Below the pieces are notes generated by a model. That model was not told the DNA's origin and did not search any database. It saw only the letters and a program-made list of their open reading frames with translations. DNA of 64,000 nt from an uncultured Candidatus Rokubacteria bacterium (GTDB taxonomy: Bacteria > Methylomirabilota > Methylomirabilia > Rokubacteriales > DASRDR01), in assembly GCA_963805625.1 (NCBI GenBank), contig CAWDVE010000010.1:1568001-1632000 (forward strand), given 5' to 3'. Made by a program: the position numbers and the translations under genes. This document shows, one piece after another, positions 29,970 through 40,233 of this stretch; positions within the stretch are counted from its first letter, which is position 1, and each line of letters starts with the position of its first letter.

Positions 29970-31016
29970 CTACACTTCCGGCGCCACGGGCCCGCCGATC
30001 TCGAGCGACCGGTACGCCGCCAGCACCAGCGCCAGGTCGGCGCGCGCGGACTCCGGGGGGAGAGCCGGCGCTCGCCCGTCCCGCACCGCCGCGACGAACT
30101 CGCCCAACTGGGCCACCAGACCCCGCCGGTCGCGCACGAAGGCGCGCACCCGCGTGCCGGGCCGGCCGCGGAGCCAGAGGGCACGGCCGCGGTGATGCAC
30201 CCCCAGAGATCCCTCGGTGCCCGTCAGCCAGGCCCACTGCGAACGGGGCAGCCCCGGCGCGGCAACGGAATTGGTCAGCGTCGCGACGGCGCCGCTCCGG
30301 AACCGGACGAGCAGAAAGACGGTGTCCTCGCCCTCGACCGCGGGAAACGTGTTCGGGGGCGCCAGGGCGACGACCTCGTCCACCGCTCCGGCCCAGTCGC
30401 GCAGGAGGTGCAGGTAGTGGATGCCACCATCGATCAGGAGCCCGCCCCCCATCTCCGCCCGGCGGCTCCGCCACCCCATGGGCCGCCGGTAGCCGCGCGC
30501 GGTTACGACGATCTGACGGATCTCCCCGATCGCTCCCGCCCGCAGATAGGCGCGCACCGCCACGAAGCCCGGGACGAAGTGCGCGTTCTCGGCCACCATC
30601 AGCACGACACCGGCCGAGCGTACGGCCGAGAGGATCGCATCGGCCTCGGCCAGAGTCCGCGCGATCGGCTTCTCGAGGAGGATGCTCTTGCCGTGCTCGG
30701 CGGCCAGGCGGGCGTGCGCCTCGTGCAGATGATGAGGCGTGCAGACGACGAGCGCGTCGACGCGAGGATCGGCGGCCGCGGCCTCGTAGGAGCCGAAGGC
30801 CGCGAATCCGCCGAAGCGCCGACGGTACACCTCCGCGCGCCCCGGATCGCGACTCGCGAACGCGATCCGTACCGAGCCGCCGAGCTGCCGGGCGGCGCGA
30901 GCGTGAAAGGTCGCGAACCGGCCGCATCCGACGATGCCAAGCCCAAGGGGACCCGAGCCCGGCGACGCACGGAGCGGCCGGACCGAAGGGCCTCCACTCG
31001 CGTGTGGCACGGCCAT
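29970..31016 (-). CDS. Gfo/Idh/MocA family oxidoreductase
   Basis: GIVGCG, TPHHLH, EKP, GGGLLIDGGIHY; start approximate. Confidence 0.92.
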   Translation of the reverse strand: MAVPHASGGPSVRPLRASPGSGPLGLGIVGCGRFATFHARAARQLGGSVRIAFASRDPGRAEVYRRRFGGFAAFGSYEAAAADPRVDALVVCTPHHLHEAHARLAAEHGKSILLEKPIARTLAEADAILSAVRSAGVVLMVAENAHFVPGFVAVRAYLRAGAIGEIRQIVVTARGYRRPMGWRSRRAEMGGGLLIDGGIHYLHLLRDWAGAVDEVVALAPPNTFPAVEGEDTVFLLVRFRSGAVATLTNSVAAPGLPRSQWAWLTGTEGSLGVHHRGRALWLRGRPGTRVRAFVRDRRGLVAQLGEFVAAVRDGRAPALPPESARADLALVLAAYRSLEIGGPVAPEV

Positions 31017-31072
31017 GTCGCGCATCCTACGCACCCTTCCGGGGCCGCGCAACGTCGGCTACAATCGAACAC

Positions 31073-32233
31073 ATGCGAAGGGTTGCGGTCGTCGGCCTCG
31101 GGGTGACGACATTCGGCAAGCACGAGCGGACGTGCGCGGAGCTGTTCGCGGAGGCCGGGCTCGATGCCCTGATCGACGCGGGCATCCGCCCGCGCCAGGT
31201 TCAGGGCGTGTACGTGGGCAACGTCGTCGGCGAAGCCGGTGAGCGGCAGCTCCACCTCGGCCCCCAGGTCGCCTCGGCGCTGGGCATTCCGGAGGTGGCG
31301 GCCACCCGGTTCGAGACGGCGTGCGCATCGAGTCACGCGGCCTTCCGTCATGCGCTCTTCGAGATCGCCTCGGGCGCGGCCGACGTCCTCCTGGTGGGCG
31401 GCGCCGAGCGTGTCCTGACCATGCCCACCGAGCGCTCGACCGAGGTGTTCGCCTACGCCTCGGACGCGGTCTTCGAGCAGCCGGTAGGGCTGACCTTCCC
31501 GGGAGTTTTCGCGCTGATCGCCCGCGCCCACATGGCGAAGCACGGCACGACCGAGGAGCAGATGGCGCACGTGGCCGTGAAGAACCATCGCCACGGAGCG
31601 CTCAACCCCAAGGCCCAGTTTCAGAAGGAGATCACGCTCGAGCAGGTGCTCCGCAGCGCCAGGGTGGCCGACCCGCTCAAGCTCTACGACTGCTGCCCGT
31701 TCTCGGACGGCGCGGCCGCGGTCGTCCTCGCGTCCGAGGAGGTCGCGCGCACGACCCGGAAGCCCGTGTGGGTGCTCGGCTCCGCCCAGGCGGGTGACTC
31801 CATGTGTCTGCACGACAAGCGAGACCTCGCGCGGGCGGTGGCCACGGAGCGCGCCGCCCTGACGGCGTACCGACAGGCGGGGCTTGGGCCCCGGGACGTG
31901 GACGTCGTCGAGCTCCACGACTGCTTCACGATCGCCGAGATCGTCGCCACCGAAGGCCTCGGCCTCTGCGAGCCGGGCACGGGAGGGATCGCGGCGGAGA
32001 AGGGGGACACGAGCCTGGGGGGCCGGATCCCGGTCAACGTGTCCGGCGGGCTCAAGGCCAAGGGCCACCCCATCGGCGCGACGGGCGCGGCGCAAGTGGC
32101 CGAGATCGCCACCCAGCTTCGCGGCGAGGCCGGACGGCGCCAGGTGGAGGGCGCCGCGGTCGGACTCGCTCACACGCTGGGGGGAAACACCGCGACCGTG
32201 CTCGTGAGCGTGTTCGGCCGGGATCCCAGGTGA
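31073..32233 (+). CDS. SCP2-type thiolase family protein
   Basis: ETACASS, KNH, DGAAA, ELHDCFT, KGHPIGATG. Confidence 0.94.
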   Translation: MRRVAVVGLGVTTFGKHERTCAELFAEAGLDALIDAGIRPRQVQGVYVGNVVGEAGERQLHLGPQVASALGIPEVAATRFETACASSHAAFRHALFEIASGAADVLLVGGAERVLTMPTERSTEVFAYASDAVFEQPVGLTFPGVFALIARAHMAKHGTTEEQMAHVAVKNHRHGALNPKAQFQKEITLEQVLRSARVADPLKLYDCCPFSDGAAAVVLASEEVARTTRKPVWVLGSAQAGDSMCLHDKRDLARAVATERAALTAYRQAGLGPRDVDVVELHDCFTIAEIVATEGLGLCEPGTGGIAAEKGDTSLGGRIPVNVSGGLKAKGHPIGATGAAQVAEIATQLRGEAGRRQVEGAAVGLAHTLGGNTATVLVSVFGRDPR

Positions 32234-32637
32234 GCGCGCCAGCCGCGACGGCCGATGCGGCCCGCGGCATGACCATACGCGAGTTCTTCGACGGTGTGCG
32301 GGAGGGACGCCTCGTCGTCCAGCGCTGTGAGGCCTGCGGAACGCTCGCCGTGCCCCCGAAGGCCGTCTGCCCGAGCTGCGAGAGCGTCCGCTGGGGCCGG
32401 GCCACGCTTGGCGGCGACGGCGAGATCACTTCCTACACGGTGATCCGCGTCCCGCCAGCCCAGTTCGCCGCCGAGGCGCCCTACGTGGTGGCTGTCGCCC
32501 GCATGACCGAGGGCGTGTCCTTCCTGGGCCGCCTGACCGGCACGCCGATCGACGGCGTGCAGGTGGGCATGCCCGTCCGGTTCGTCGGCTCATCCGCGGG
32601 CGCGGACCCGCCCGTGATCGCCTTCCGTCCCCGCTAG
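32230..32637 (+). CDS. Zn-ribbon/OB-fold protein (DUF35 family)
   Basis: QRCEACG...CPSC, GEITSYT, PYVVA; GTGA overlap with the thiolase. Confidence 0.92.
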   Translation: MSAPAATADAARGMTIREFFDGVREGRLVVQRCEACGTLAVPPKAVCPSCESVRWGRATLGGDGEITSYTVIRVPPAQFAAEAPYVVAVARMTEGVSFLGRLTGTPIDGVQVGMPVRFVGSSAGADPPVIAFRPR

Positions 32638-32780
32638 CTCGTCAGCGCTCCCCACTCGGGAGTGCGCCTCCGCTCCGCGCCGCCGCGCCGGGAACTCGCC
32701 CCCTCCACGGCAGGTTGCATAATGGAGAGGAGCGTCGCGGAGCCGCGACAACCGCGACGCGGCGCTCCAGGAGGCCTAAC

Positions 32781-33803
32781 GTGCAGACGCCCCGCATCGT
32801 CGCCACCGGCACGGCAGTGCCCGCTCGGCGCTTCACCCAGGAAGAGCTTGCCAACCTCTTCGGGTATGGCGACGGGCTCCAGCGCAGCTTCTTTCACAAC
32901 AGCGCCATCGACGGACGACACCTCTACATCACCGCCGCCGAACCCCGGCGCGAGACCATCGACGAACTGTCGGCCCGCTTCGCCGAGGGCAGCGTGCGTC
33001 TGGGCGTCGAGGCCGTCGAGACCTGTCTCTCTCGGGCCGGACTGGACACGGCGGACGTCGACTTTCTCGTGACGACGACCTGCACGGGACGACTCGTCCC
33101 GAGCCTGGACGCGCACCTGATCGGAGCGCTGGGCCTTCGGACAGACGTGCAGCGCGTCCACGTGGGGGACACCGGCTGCGCGAGCGCGATGGTCGCCCTC
33201 CAGCAAGCGTGGAACTACCTCCGCGCCTTCCCGGAGCGTCGCGCGCTCGCCGTGTCGGTAGAGCTGTGCTCGACCACCTACTATCTGGACGACGAGGCCG
33301 AGACCGCGGTGGCGAATGCGATCTTCGCGGATGGCGCGGCCGCGGTGTTGCTCGGCACGAGCGGCGACGGGCCCGAGGTCCTCGGTCACCGGACGCTGAT
33401 CCGCCCGGAATATCTGGATCGCATGGGGTTCACCTTCCCCGGCGGTTCCTATCGCATTCGCCTGTCGCCCGAGGTGCGGCGGATCGCGCCGGCGATGATG
33501 GACGAGCTGACCGGCACGCTCCTGAAGGACCACGGGCTGACCACGGAGGATGTCGGTTTCTGGGTACTCCATTCCGCCGGCCGGCGGGTGATCGAGAACG
33601 CGCAGGCCCTGCTGGGCTTGTCCGACGCCGACGTCGCCTTCTCCCGGGACGTTCTCCGCCGGTACGGAAATCTCTCGTCCGCCACCGTGCTCTTCGTCCT
33701 CGACGCGGTCCTCCGGAGCGGGCGAGCGCGGCCGGGCGACATCGGCCTCATGGTGGCTCTCGGCCCCGGCTTCGCCGCCGAAGGCGCGCTGCTCCGCTTC
33801 TAG
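32781..33803 (+). CDS. type III polyketide synthase
   Basis: Cys-His-Asn triad (GDTGCAS, WVLHSAG, YGNLSS), FADGAAA, GPGF; AGGAGG RBS. Confidence 0.93.
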   Translation: MQTPRIVATGTAVPARRFTQEELANLFGYGDGLQRSFFHNSAIDGRHLYITAAEPRRETIDELSARFAEGSVRLGVEAVETCLSRAGLDTADVDFLVTTTCTGRLVPSLDAHLIGALGLRTDVQRVHVGDTGCASAMVALQQAWNYLRAFPERRALAVSVELCSTTYYLDDEAETAVANAIFADGAAAVLLGTSGDGPEVLGHRTLIRPEYLDRMGFTFPGGSYRIRLSPEVRRIAPAMMDELTGTLLKDHGLTTEDVGFWVLHSAGRRVIENAQALLGLSDADVAFSRDVLRRYGNLSSATVLFVLDAVLRSGRARPGDIGLMVALGPGFAAEGALLRF

Positions 33804-34544
33804 GTGCTCATGCTGGCCCCGCTGCCCCGTGAAGCCTCGCGCGACGAGCTGATGGACCGGCTCGACGCGTCTCCCGCCGAGCTGACCCGGAGCCTCGCCG
33901 CTATCGCCCGGCTGAACCGGATCGGCGCCACGCGGACCATCCAGCGGCACGTCGCGCCGTTCCTCGCGCGACTACGGGCTGGCGAGACCCTCCGCGTCCT
34001 CGACGTGGGAACCGGGGCGGCGGACATCCCGCTGGCGCTCGCGCGGTGGGCGCGGCGCCACGGCCACCGGGTGCGGATCGTGGCGCTGGACGTCCATCCC
34101 ACAATCCTGCGATACGCGGCTCGAGCCGCGAACGGCACCCCCGAGGTGCAGGTCGTCGCGGGCAACGCGCTCGCGGCTCCCATCCGGCCGGGCTCGATCG
34201 ACGTGGCGCTCTGCTCGCTGGTCCTCCACCACCTGCCCGAGGAAGCTGTCGTCAGCCTGCTCGGACGGCTCGCCGAGCTGGCGCGACTGGGCTTCGTCGT
34301 GAGCGACTTCCGGAGAGGCCGGCTCGCGTGGGCCGCCGTCTGGCTCGCCACGCACGCGGTGTCCTGGAACCGGATGACCCGACACGACGGGCCCCTCTCG
34401 GTGCGGCGAGCGTACACGCCGGAGGAGCTCGCGGGCCTGGCAAGGCGCGCCGGGCTCCCCGACATCCACTGGCACCGTGCCCCCGCATTCCGCCAGGTCG
34501 GCGTCTGGACCCGTCCGGTCCCCAGGACCGCCCGTGCAGGCTGA
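33804..34544 (+). CDS. SAM-dependent methyltransferase of the PKS cluster
   Basis: ELMD, LDVGTGAAD, LHH, HDGPLSVRRAY. Confidence 0.9.
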   Translation: MLMLAPLPREASRDELMDRLDASPAELTRSLAAIARLNRIGATRTIQRHVAPFLARLRAGETLRVLDVGTGAADIPLALARWARRHGHRVRIVALDVHPTILRYAARAANGTPEVQVVAGNALAAPIRPGSIDVALCSLVLHHLPEEAVVSLLGRLAELARLGFVVSDFRRGRLAWAAVWLATHAVSWNRMTRHDGPLSVRRAYTPEELAGLARRAGLPDIHWHRAPAFRQVGVWTRPVPRTARAG

Positions 34545-35799
34545 CGCGGTCGTCGTCGGCGCGGGACCGGCGGGCGCTGCAACGGCGATCCTTCTCGCCG
34601 AGCAGGGACTCTCCGTCGTCCTCCTCGACCGCGCGCGCTTTCCCCGTGACAAGATCTGCGGCGAGTACCTTTCGCCGGAGGGAAGCCGGATCCTGGACCG
34701 CCTCGACGTCCTCGCCAGGGTGGAGGCGCGGGGGGCGCGGCCGCTCCGGGGCATGCGTGTCCTCGCACCCGACGGCACCCTCCTCGTCGGTGACTACCCA
34801 GCCGATGGTCCATGGCACGGCCATCGGCCTCACGCCCTCGCCGTGCGCCGCCGGGTACTCGACCTGGCGCTCATCGAGCGCGCCCGCGAGGCCGGCGCCT
34901 CGGTCCGCGAGGGGATGCGCGTGGTCGACCTCCTCCGCGAGGGCAGACGGGTGACCGGCGTCGTCGCCGAGCCCACCAGGCCGGGGGCGCGGGCCGGATC
35001 GGCCGAGCGCCTCCCCGCGCGGCTGGTCATCGCCGCCGACGGCCGGGCGTCGCTGGTCGTCCAGCGGCTCGGGCTCCGGCGCCCGCACCGCTGGCTCCAT
35101 CGGCTCGCACTCGTCGCCGACGTGGAGGGGGCGTGTGGCGACCCCGAACGAGGCGAGATCGTGCTCGCCCCGCCCGCCTACTCGATCCTGAATCCGGTCG
35201 CCGCCGGTGTGGGGAACCTGAGCCTCGTGATCCCGGTGGAGGAGGCGCGGCGACGCAAGGCGGACCTCGCGGGCTACTTCGACGGGGTGACGCGTGAATT
35301 GCCCGGATTTCGTGAGCGACTCCGCGACGCCCGGCGCGTCGGACCGGTCCGCGCCCTGGGGCCTCTGGCCTACCATGTGGTCCCGCCGCGCGAAGACGGG
35401 GTCGTCCTGGTCGGGGACGCTGCCGGATTCCTCGATCCCTTCACGGGCGAGGGCATCTACGCGGCCCTCCGCTCCGCCGAGGTTGCGGCGGAGGTCGGGG
35501 CCCGGGCCGTGAAGACCGGCGACGTCTCCGCGGCCGCCCTGCGACCCGCCCACGTCCGACGCGCGGCGGAGTTCGCGGCGAAAACCCGGGTTACCCTCAT
35601 CCTCCAGCGTGTCATCGCTCGCCGGGCCCTCTCGGTCGTGGCAGCGCGGCTCCTGGCTGGCCGGCCGGCCCATCTGGCCCGGCTCATGGGTGTCCTCGGT
35701 GATTTCGTGCCGCCGCGCGCGCTCCTCGAACCGAAATTCCTCGCCGGTCTCCTTCCGCACCCGGGGTCCCGCCTGGTGCGGTCCCCGGAGATCCGCTAA
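34534..35799 (+). CDS. FAD-dependent oxidoreductase (geranylgeranyl reductase-like)
   Basis: GAGPAG, FPRDKICG, AADG, VGDAAGFLDPFTGEGI. Confidence 0.92.
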   Translation: MQADAVVVGAGPAGAATAILLAEQGLSVVLLDRARFPRDKICGEYLSPEGSRILDRLDVLARVEARGARPLRGMRVLAPDGTLLVGDYPADGPWHGHRPHALAVRRRVLDLALIERAREAGASVREGMRVVDLLREGRRVTGVVAEPTRPGARAGSAERLPARLVIAADGRASLVVQRLGLRRPHRWLHRLALVADVEGACGDPERGEIVLAPPAYSILNPVAAGVGNLSLVIPVEEARRRKADLAGYFDGVTRELPGFRERLRDARRVGPVRALGPLAYHVVPPREDGVVLVGDAAGFLDPFTGEGIYAALRSAEVAAEVGARAVKTGDVSAAALRPAHVRRAAEFAAKTRVTLILQRVIARRALSVVAARLLAGRPAHLARLMGVLGDFVPPRALLEPKFLAGLLPHPGSRLVRSPEIR

Positions 35800-35812
35800 G
35801 CTCCGGACCGTC

Positions 35813-36637
35813 GTGGATCCGCGCAGCCGGCTCGTCGCGCTGGCCGGGACGGTCGATGCTCGCTCGCTGGCCGAGGGAGCGTTCTGGATCGCCGCCGAGG
35901 CTCATCCCGGTCTCGACGTCCAGCACTGGCTCGGACGGCTTGACGCGCTCGGCCACCGTGCGTCCGAGCGGCTCACGTCGGAGATGGACGTGGACCGGGC
36001 GGCCTCGGCCGTTGCCCGGTTCCTGTTCGAGGAGGAGGGGTTCCGGGGCAACACCGAGGACTACTACGACCCTCGAAACAGCTTCCTCAACGACGTGCTC
36101 GATCGCCGGCTCGGCATCCCGATCACCCTCTCCGTGGTGTACGTGGCCGTCGCAGCCCGGGCCGGGCTCAAGGCTGCCGGGGTCGGGTTGCCGGGCCACT
36201 TCGTCGTGCGGGCCGAGCGTCGAGGCCGCCACCGGCTCCTCGATCCCTTTCACGGCGGCGCGCTCCTCGACCGCGCCGCCTGCGAGACACTGGTCTCGCG
36301 GGTGCGCCCCGGCGGCGGCCCGCTTGACCCGCGGTGGCTCGAGCCGGTCACCACGCAGCAGATCTTCGTCCGGATGCTCAGCAACCTGAAGGCGGTGTAC
36401 TCGGCCCTGGGAGACTGGGCGCGCGCCCTGTCCGCCGTGGAGCGCATCCTCCTGCTCATTCCCGACACGCTGGAGGAGCTCCGCGACCGCGGCACGCTCC
36501 ACGCTCGTCTCGGCCAAGGGGCAGCGGCGGTGCGTGACTGGGAGACGTATCTCCAGCGTGCGCCCGAGGCGCCGGACGCCGGCCACGTGAAGGACCGCCT
36601 CCGGGCCCTGCGGCAGGCGCTGGCATCGCTGAACTGA
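35813..36637 (+). CDS. SirB1 family protein (transglutaminase-like plus TPR)
   Basis: YYDPRNSFLNDVLDRRLGIPITL, PGHF, DPF, RMLSNLK, RDRG. Confidence 0.9.
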   Translation: MDPRSRLVALAGTVDARSLAEGAFWIAAEAHPGLDVQHWLGRLDALGHRASERLTSEMDVDRAASAVARFLFEEEGFRGNTEDYYDPRNSFLNDVLDRRLGIPITLSVVYVAVAARAGLKAAGVGLPGHFVVRAERRGRHRLLDPFHGGALLDRAACETLVSRVRPGGGPLDPRWLEPVTTQQIFVRMLSNLKAVYSALGDWARALSAVERILLLIPDTLEELRDRGTLHARLGQGAAAVRDWETYLQRAPEAPDAGHVKDRLRALRQALASLN

Positions 36638-36735
36638 TCGGGAGGGCCGCGGCGCTCGGATTCACCCGAGGTCGGCGGACCTCGGAGACCCAGGAACCGG
36701 GGATGGCCGAGGCGCGCGGGCAGGCGGGGCTGCGA

Positions 36736-36930
36736 CTAGTGGCTGACGAACCGGCGGAGGTTCTTCAGGTAGTATCCCATCGCGGCGGTGATCACTGCGG
36801 AGATGATGGCGATCATGAGGTGGCTCAGCTCGCGTGTCTCGCGATAGGCGAGGGCCTCCCACACCGTGTAGAAAACCCCGAAGCAGATCGCCGTCCCGAT
36901 CAGGAGCCGGTGCGCGATGATGATGAGCAT
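36736..36930 (-). CDS. small two-helix membrane protein
   Basis: 64 aa with two hydrophobic segments; GGAGGG upstream. Confidence 0.7.
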   Translation of the reverse strand: MLIIIAHRLLIGTAICFGVFYTVWEALAYRETRELSHLMIAIISAVITAAMGYYLKNLRRFVSH

Positions 36931-36947
36931 CGGTTGGCCGCCCTCCG

Positions 36948-37326
36948 TCATGCGATCACCCAGCCTGCGTGAAAGGTGCCCGTCAGCACCACCTCGACAA
37001 CGTGGCGCCACACATCCTCGGTGGTCTCTTCGAGCGGGTCCCGGTGAACGATCCCTGCCGCGGTCACGAGGACGTCGAGGCGTCCCAGCGTCGTCACCAC
37101 ACGCTCGACCGCTGCACGGACCGCCTCGGCGTCGGTCACATCCAGGGTCAGGCCCATCCCGCGCCGCCCGGTCGCCGCCCGTGGGCAGGAGATCCGCCAC
37201 CGCCACGTCCGCGCCAGCCCGCGCCAAGGCCATGGCCGACGCACGACCGATCCCCCGGGCACCTCCGGTCACGAGCGCGACCTGGCCGCGAAGATCGCTC
37301 GGACCACTCGGCCCCGGCCCCGGCAT
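36948..37326 (-). pseudogene. frameshifted and truncated SDR
   Basis: VALVTGGARGIG...VADL in one frame, LDVTD...LDVLVTAAG...LTGTF in another; stops before the YxxxK motif. Confidence 0.82.
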
Positions 37327-37328
37327 CG

Positions 37329-39758
37329 TTACCCCGGCTCCCGCGGCGCCGCCGGCGCGCCCGGGGCGAATCCGAGGGCTGACATGAGAGGCGCCAGCAC
37401 CTCCCGATCGCCCGGGGATCCCTCGCGCCACAAACCGGCGACGGCGTTCTGGGGCCCCCAGAGATCCGGGGGCGCCTCGAGTGCGGTCCCGAGGGCCAAG
37501 AGCGCGAGCCCATCGGTCACGGCCGAAGCCGTCGCAGCAACCCGGAGCGCCTCGAGCACGCGCCCGAGGGCCGACTGGATTGCCGGCACCACCTGCTCGG
37601 CCGCGAGCCCCAGGGGGATCCCCAGCGACCGGGTCTCGGCGACGAGCTCACGGAGCCTGTGCGCCGAGGCCGTCACGGACCCGCCGGTGGCGAGCACGGC
37701 AAGCTCCTCCCTCGCCGCCCGAGCCACAAGGCGATCGGCCACGCTCGCGAGAGCTGGCGGGATGGGGCCTTCCACCAGGCGAAGCTCCTCCAGGAGCCGA
37801 CGGCTGCCGGCATCGGCCCACCCCGGGGCGCCCTCCGGAGTCGCCAGGGCGCGCTCGACGAGACGGGCCAGAAGGCGGCGGCGCTCGTCGGGAAACACGT
37901 CATCGGCACCGTACGCCCGGCCGCCGAAGTGCCGGTCGAGCGCCCGAGGCCACTCCGCCAGCCCTCGGCCCAGAAACTCCCGGAAGAGCGCGTCCCGAGC
38001 GGACGCGAGCGCCGCCCCATCGGATCCCGTCCGGACGCGACAGTGGACTTGGCCATCGCGGGCGTGCAGAACCGCCAGGTCCGCCTCCTCGTGCTCGGTC
38101 GTCAGGCGCGCGGTCACGCGCACGCGGCCGATCGCGAGCGACGCCTCGCCCGCGGCCACGCGGGCCCACCGGAGCCGCTCGACCCGGAACGCGTGGACGT
38201 CGGCCGGATCCCCATAACCCTCCGAGGGCCCCGCGATCGCGTAGTGCGCGGCCACGCGCGCGAGATCGGTGGCGGAGGGCGCCACGTGGCGCCGCCATAC
38301 CCCGGCGCCGTCCTGAAGCTCGGGGACGTTCGATGGAGCGGCCGCCAGACGCCGGACCAGCTCAGCCTCGAGCCCGGCGTCGCCACCGAGGACCCTCGCG
38401 ATCTGCAGCACTCGCGCCGCGTACCGGAGCACCTGGACCGTCTCGATTCCCGAGATCTCGTCGAAGAACCAGCCACACGACGTGTACATGAGCAGGCGAT
38501 GGCGCTGGAGCTCGAGGCACCGGAGCACCCGGACGCGGCCCGCCGCGTCCAGCGGACGGATCGCGTGGCGCTCGAGGAAGGCCTCCACAGACGCGGGGCT
38601 CCGGTCGAGGACCACCTCCACGTACGCATCGCGCGCGGCCCACGGATCCTTGACCAGCGCGCCTGCTCGCGCCTCGTAGAGCGCATCCACGACGTCGCGC
38701 AGCCAGTCGAGCGCCTCACGGAGGGGCGCCCGCCAGCGCTGCGTCCAGCCGGGGCGGTGCCCGGCCATGCATCCGCAGTCGCCGCGCCATCGCTCGACGC
38801 CATGCGCGCAGCTCCACGAGGACCCGTCGACCACCCGCGCTTCCATCACGGGGGGATGAGTCGCGAGGAAGGCCGCGTGGTTGGTCAGGCTCGCGGCGCC
38901 GCTCGCCTCGATCCGGGCGCAGGCCGCCGCCAGCGCCATCTCCCCGAAGCGGTGGTGGTGGCCGTAGCTCTCGCCGTCGGTCGCGACCTGAACGAGCTGA
39001 GCGTGTGCGTCCTCATCGAAGCCGGCCAGGAGGCGCGTCGCCATCGCATCACCCGAGCGAAGGAGTCCGCCGAAGGCGATCGCGTGGGAGATCGCCCCGT
39101 CGTAGAAGAAGAGCGCGAGCGCCCGGCCCTGCCCGCCTTCCCAGCGGTACGCCCGGCGCGGATCCAGCGCCTCGGCCCCCGGTCGCCAGTCTCCGTCCGG
39201 TTCCCGCACGCTGGCAGCCTGGCCTGGCGCCAGGAGCGTGAAGCCCACCCCCTCCTCGGCCAGTACCTCGAGGGTCTCGCGGTCCGCGGCGGTCTCGGGA
39301 AGCCACATTCCGGCCGCCTCGCGCCCGAACCGATGCCGGAAGTCAGCGAGACCCCATCGCACCTGGGTGACCTTGTCGCGCCGGCCGCAGAGCGGCAGGA
39401 TCGCGTGGCCATAGGCCTGCGCGATCGCGTTCCCGTGTCCCCGGGTCGCCCGGCTCGTGCGATCGGCTTCCAGGATCGCGCCGTAGACGTCGGGACGCTC
39501 CTGCTCGAACCACGTCATGAGCGTGGGGCCGACGTCGAAGGCGAGCGCGGCGAAGTTGTCGACTACGTCCAGGATCCGGTTCTGCGCGTCCACGCGCCGC
39601 GCGGCCGTGTTGGGCGCGTAGCATTCCTCGGTGACGCGCGCGTTCCAGTCATGATACGGGGCGGCGGAATCCTGGGCCTCGATGCGCTCGAGCCAGGGAC
39701 TCTCGCGGGGGGGCTGGTAGAAGTGACCGTGGATCGCGACGAACCGAGTTCGGTTCAC
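37329..39758 (-). CDS. glycoside hydrolase family 57 / DUF3536 protein
   Basis: HGHFYQPPRE, WLPETA, ATDGESYGHH, SSWSCAHGVERW, MYTSCGWFFD. Confidence 0.92.
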   Translation of the reverse strand: MNRTRFVAIHGHFYQPPRESPWLERIEAQDSAAPYHDWNARVTEECYAPNTAARRVDAQNRILDVVDNFAALAFDVGPTLMTWFEQERPDVYGAILEADRTSRATRGHGNAIAQAYGHAILPLCGRRDKVTQVRWGLADFRHRFGREAAGMWLPETAADRETLEVLAEEGVGFTLLAPGQAASVREPDGDWRPGAEALDPRRAYRWEGGQGRALALFFYDGAISHAIAFGGLLRSGDAMATRLLAGFDEDAHAQLVQVATDGESYGHHHRFGEMALAAACARIEASGAASLTNHAAFLATHPPVMEARVVDGSSWSCAHGVERWRGDCGCMAGHRPGWTQRWRAPLREALDWLRDVVDALYEARAGALVKDPWAARDAYVEVVLDRSPASVEAFLERHAIRPLDAAGRVRVLRCLELQRHRLLMYTSCGWFFDEISGIETVQVLRYAARVLQIARVLGGDAGLEAELVRRLAAAPSNVPELQDGAGVWRRHVAPSATDLARVAAHYAIAGPSEGYGDPADVHAFRVERLRWARVAAGEASLAIGRVRVTARLTTEHEEADLAVLHARDGQVHCRVRTGSDGAALASARDALFREFLGRGLAEWPRALDRHFGGRAYGADDVFPDERRRLLARLVERALATPEGAPGWADAGSRRLLEELRLVEGPIPPALASVADRLVARAAREELAVLATGGSVTASAHRLRELVAETRSLGIPLGLAAEQVVPAIQSALGRVLEALRVAATASAVTDGLALLALGTALEAPPDLWGPQNAVAGLWREGSPGDREVLAPLMSALGFAPGAPAAPREPG

Positions 39759-39900
39759 GGAAGGAGGTACCGCTCAGCGTCCGCCCGGGCGCGTCGCGCG
39801 GGCCTCCGGCCGGCGAGGTGGCTCGCGCACGGCCGTGCCCAGCTGCCGGCCGGGACCCGTGCAGATCCGGCCAGGGCGGTCGAGGACGAGACCGCGAAAG

Positions 39901-40233
39901 CTACCAGCGTGGGGGCCGGCCCGAGCCTCCGCGTCCACCACCCATGCCCGGCCCGCCACGGCCGCCGCCACCGCCACCCCCTGCTCCCTGCGGGTTGGCG
40001 ACTTCCACCTTGATTGTGCGACCGTCCAGTCGCTGGCCGTTGTGCATGCTGACGGCCTTCTGGGCCTCCTCGTTGGTCGCCATCTCGACGAAGCCGAAGC
40101 CGCGCGACTGCCCCGAATACCGGTCGGTGATGACCGTGGCCGATTCCACCGTCCCGCACTGGGCGAAATGTTCGCGCAGAGCCTCGGAGGTGGTCGAGTA
40201 CGAGAGACCGCCCACATACAGCTTGACCGCCAT
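39901..40233 (-). CDS. RRM RNA-binding protein with Gly-rich tail
   Basis: LYVGGL (RNP2), RGFGFVEM (RNP1); AAAGGAGG RBS; TGcTATGCT extended -10 near 40275-40283. Confidence 0.96.
   Translation of the reverse strand: MAVKLYVGGLSYSTTSEALREHFAQCGTVESATVITDRYSGQSRGFGFVEMATNEEAQKAVSMHNGQRLDGRTIKVEVANPQGAGGGGGGGRGGPGMGGGRGGSGRPPRW

Noticed and set aside
7338-40013. Long alternative-frame ORFs (e.g. 7338-9221, 12959-15085, 19873-22356, 37659-40013)
   Set aside because: Shadow ORFs of real opposite-strand genes, expected at high GC; Arg/Pro/Gly-rich with no recognisable motifs
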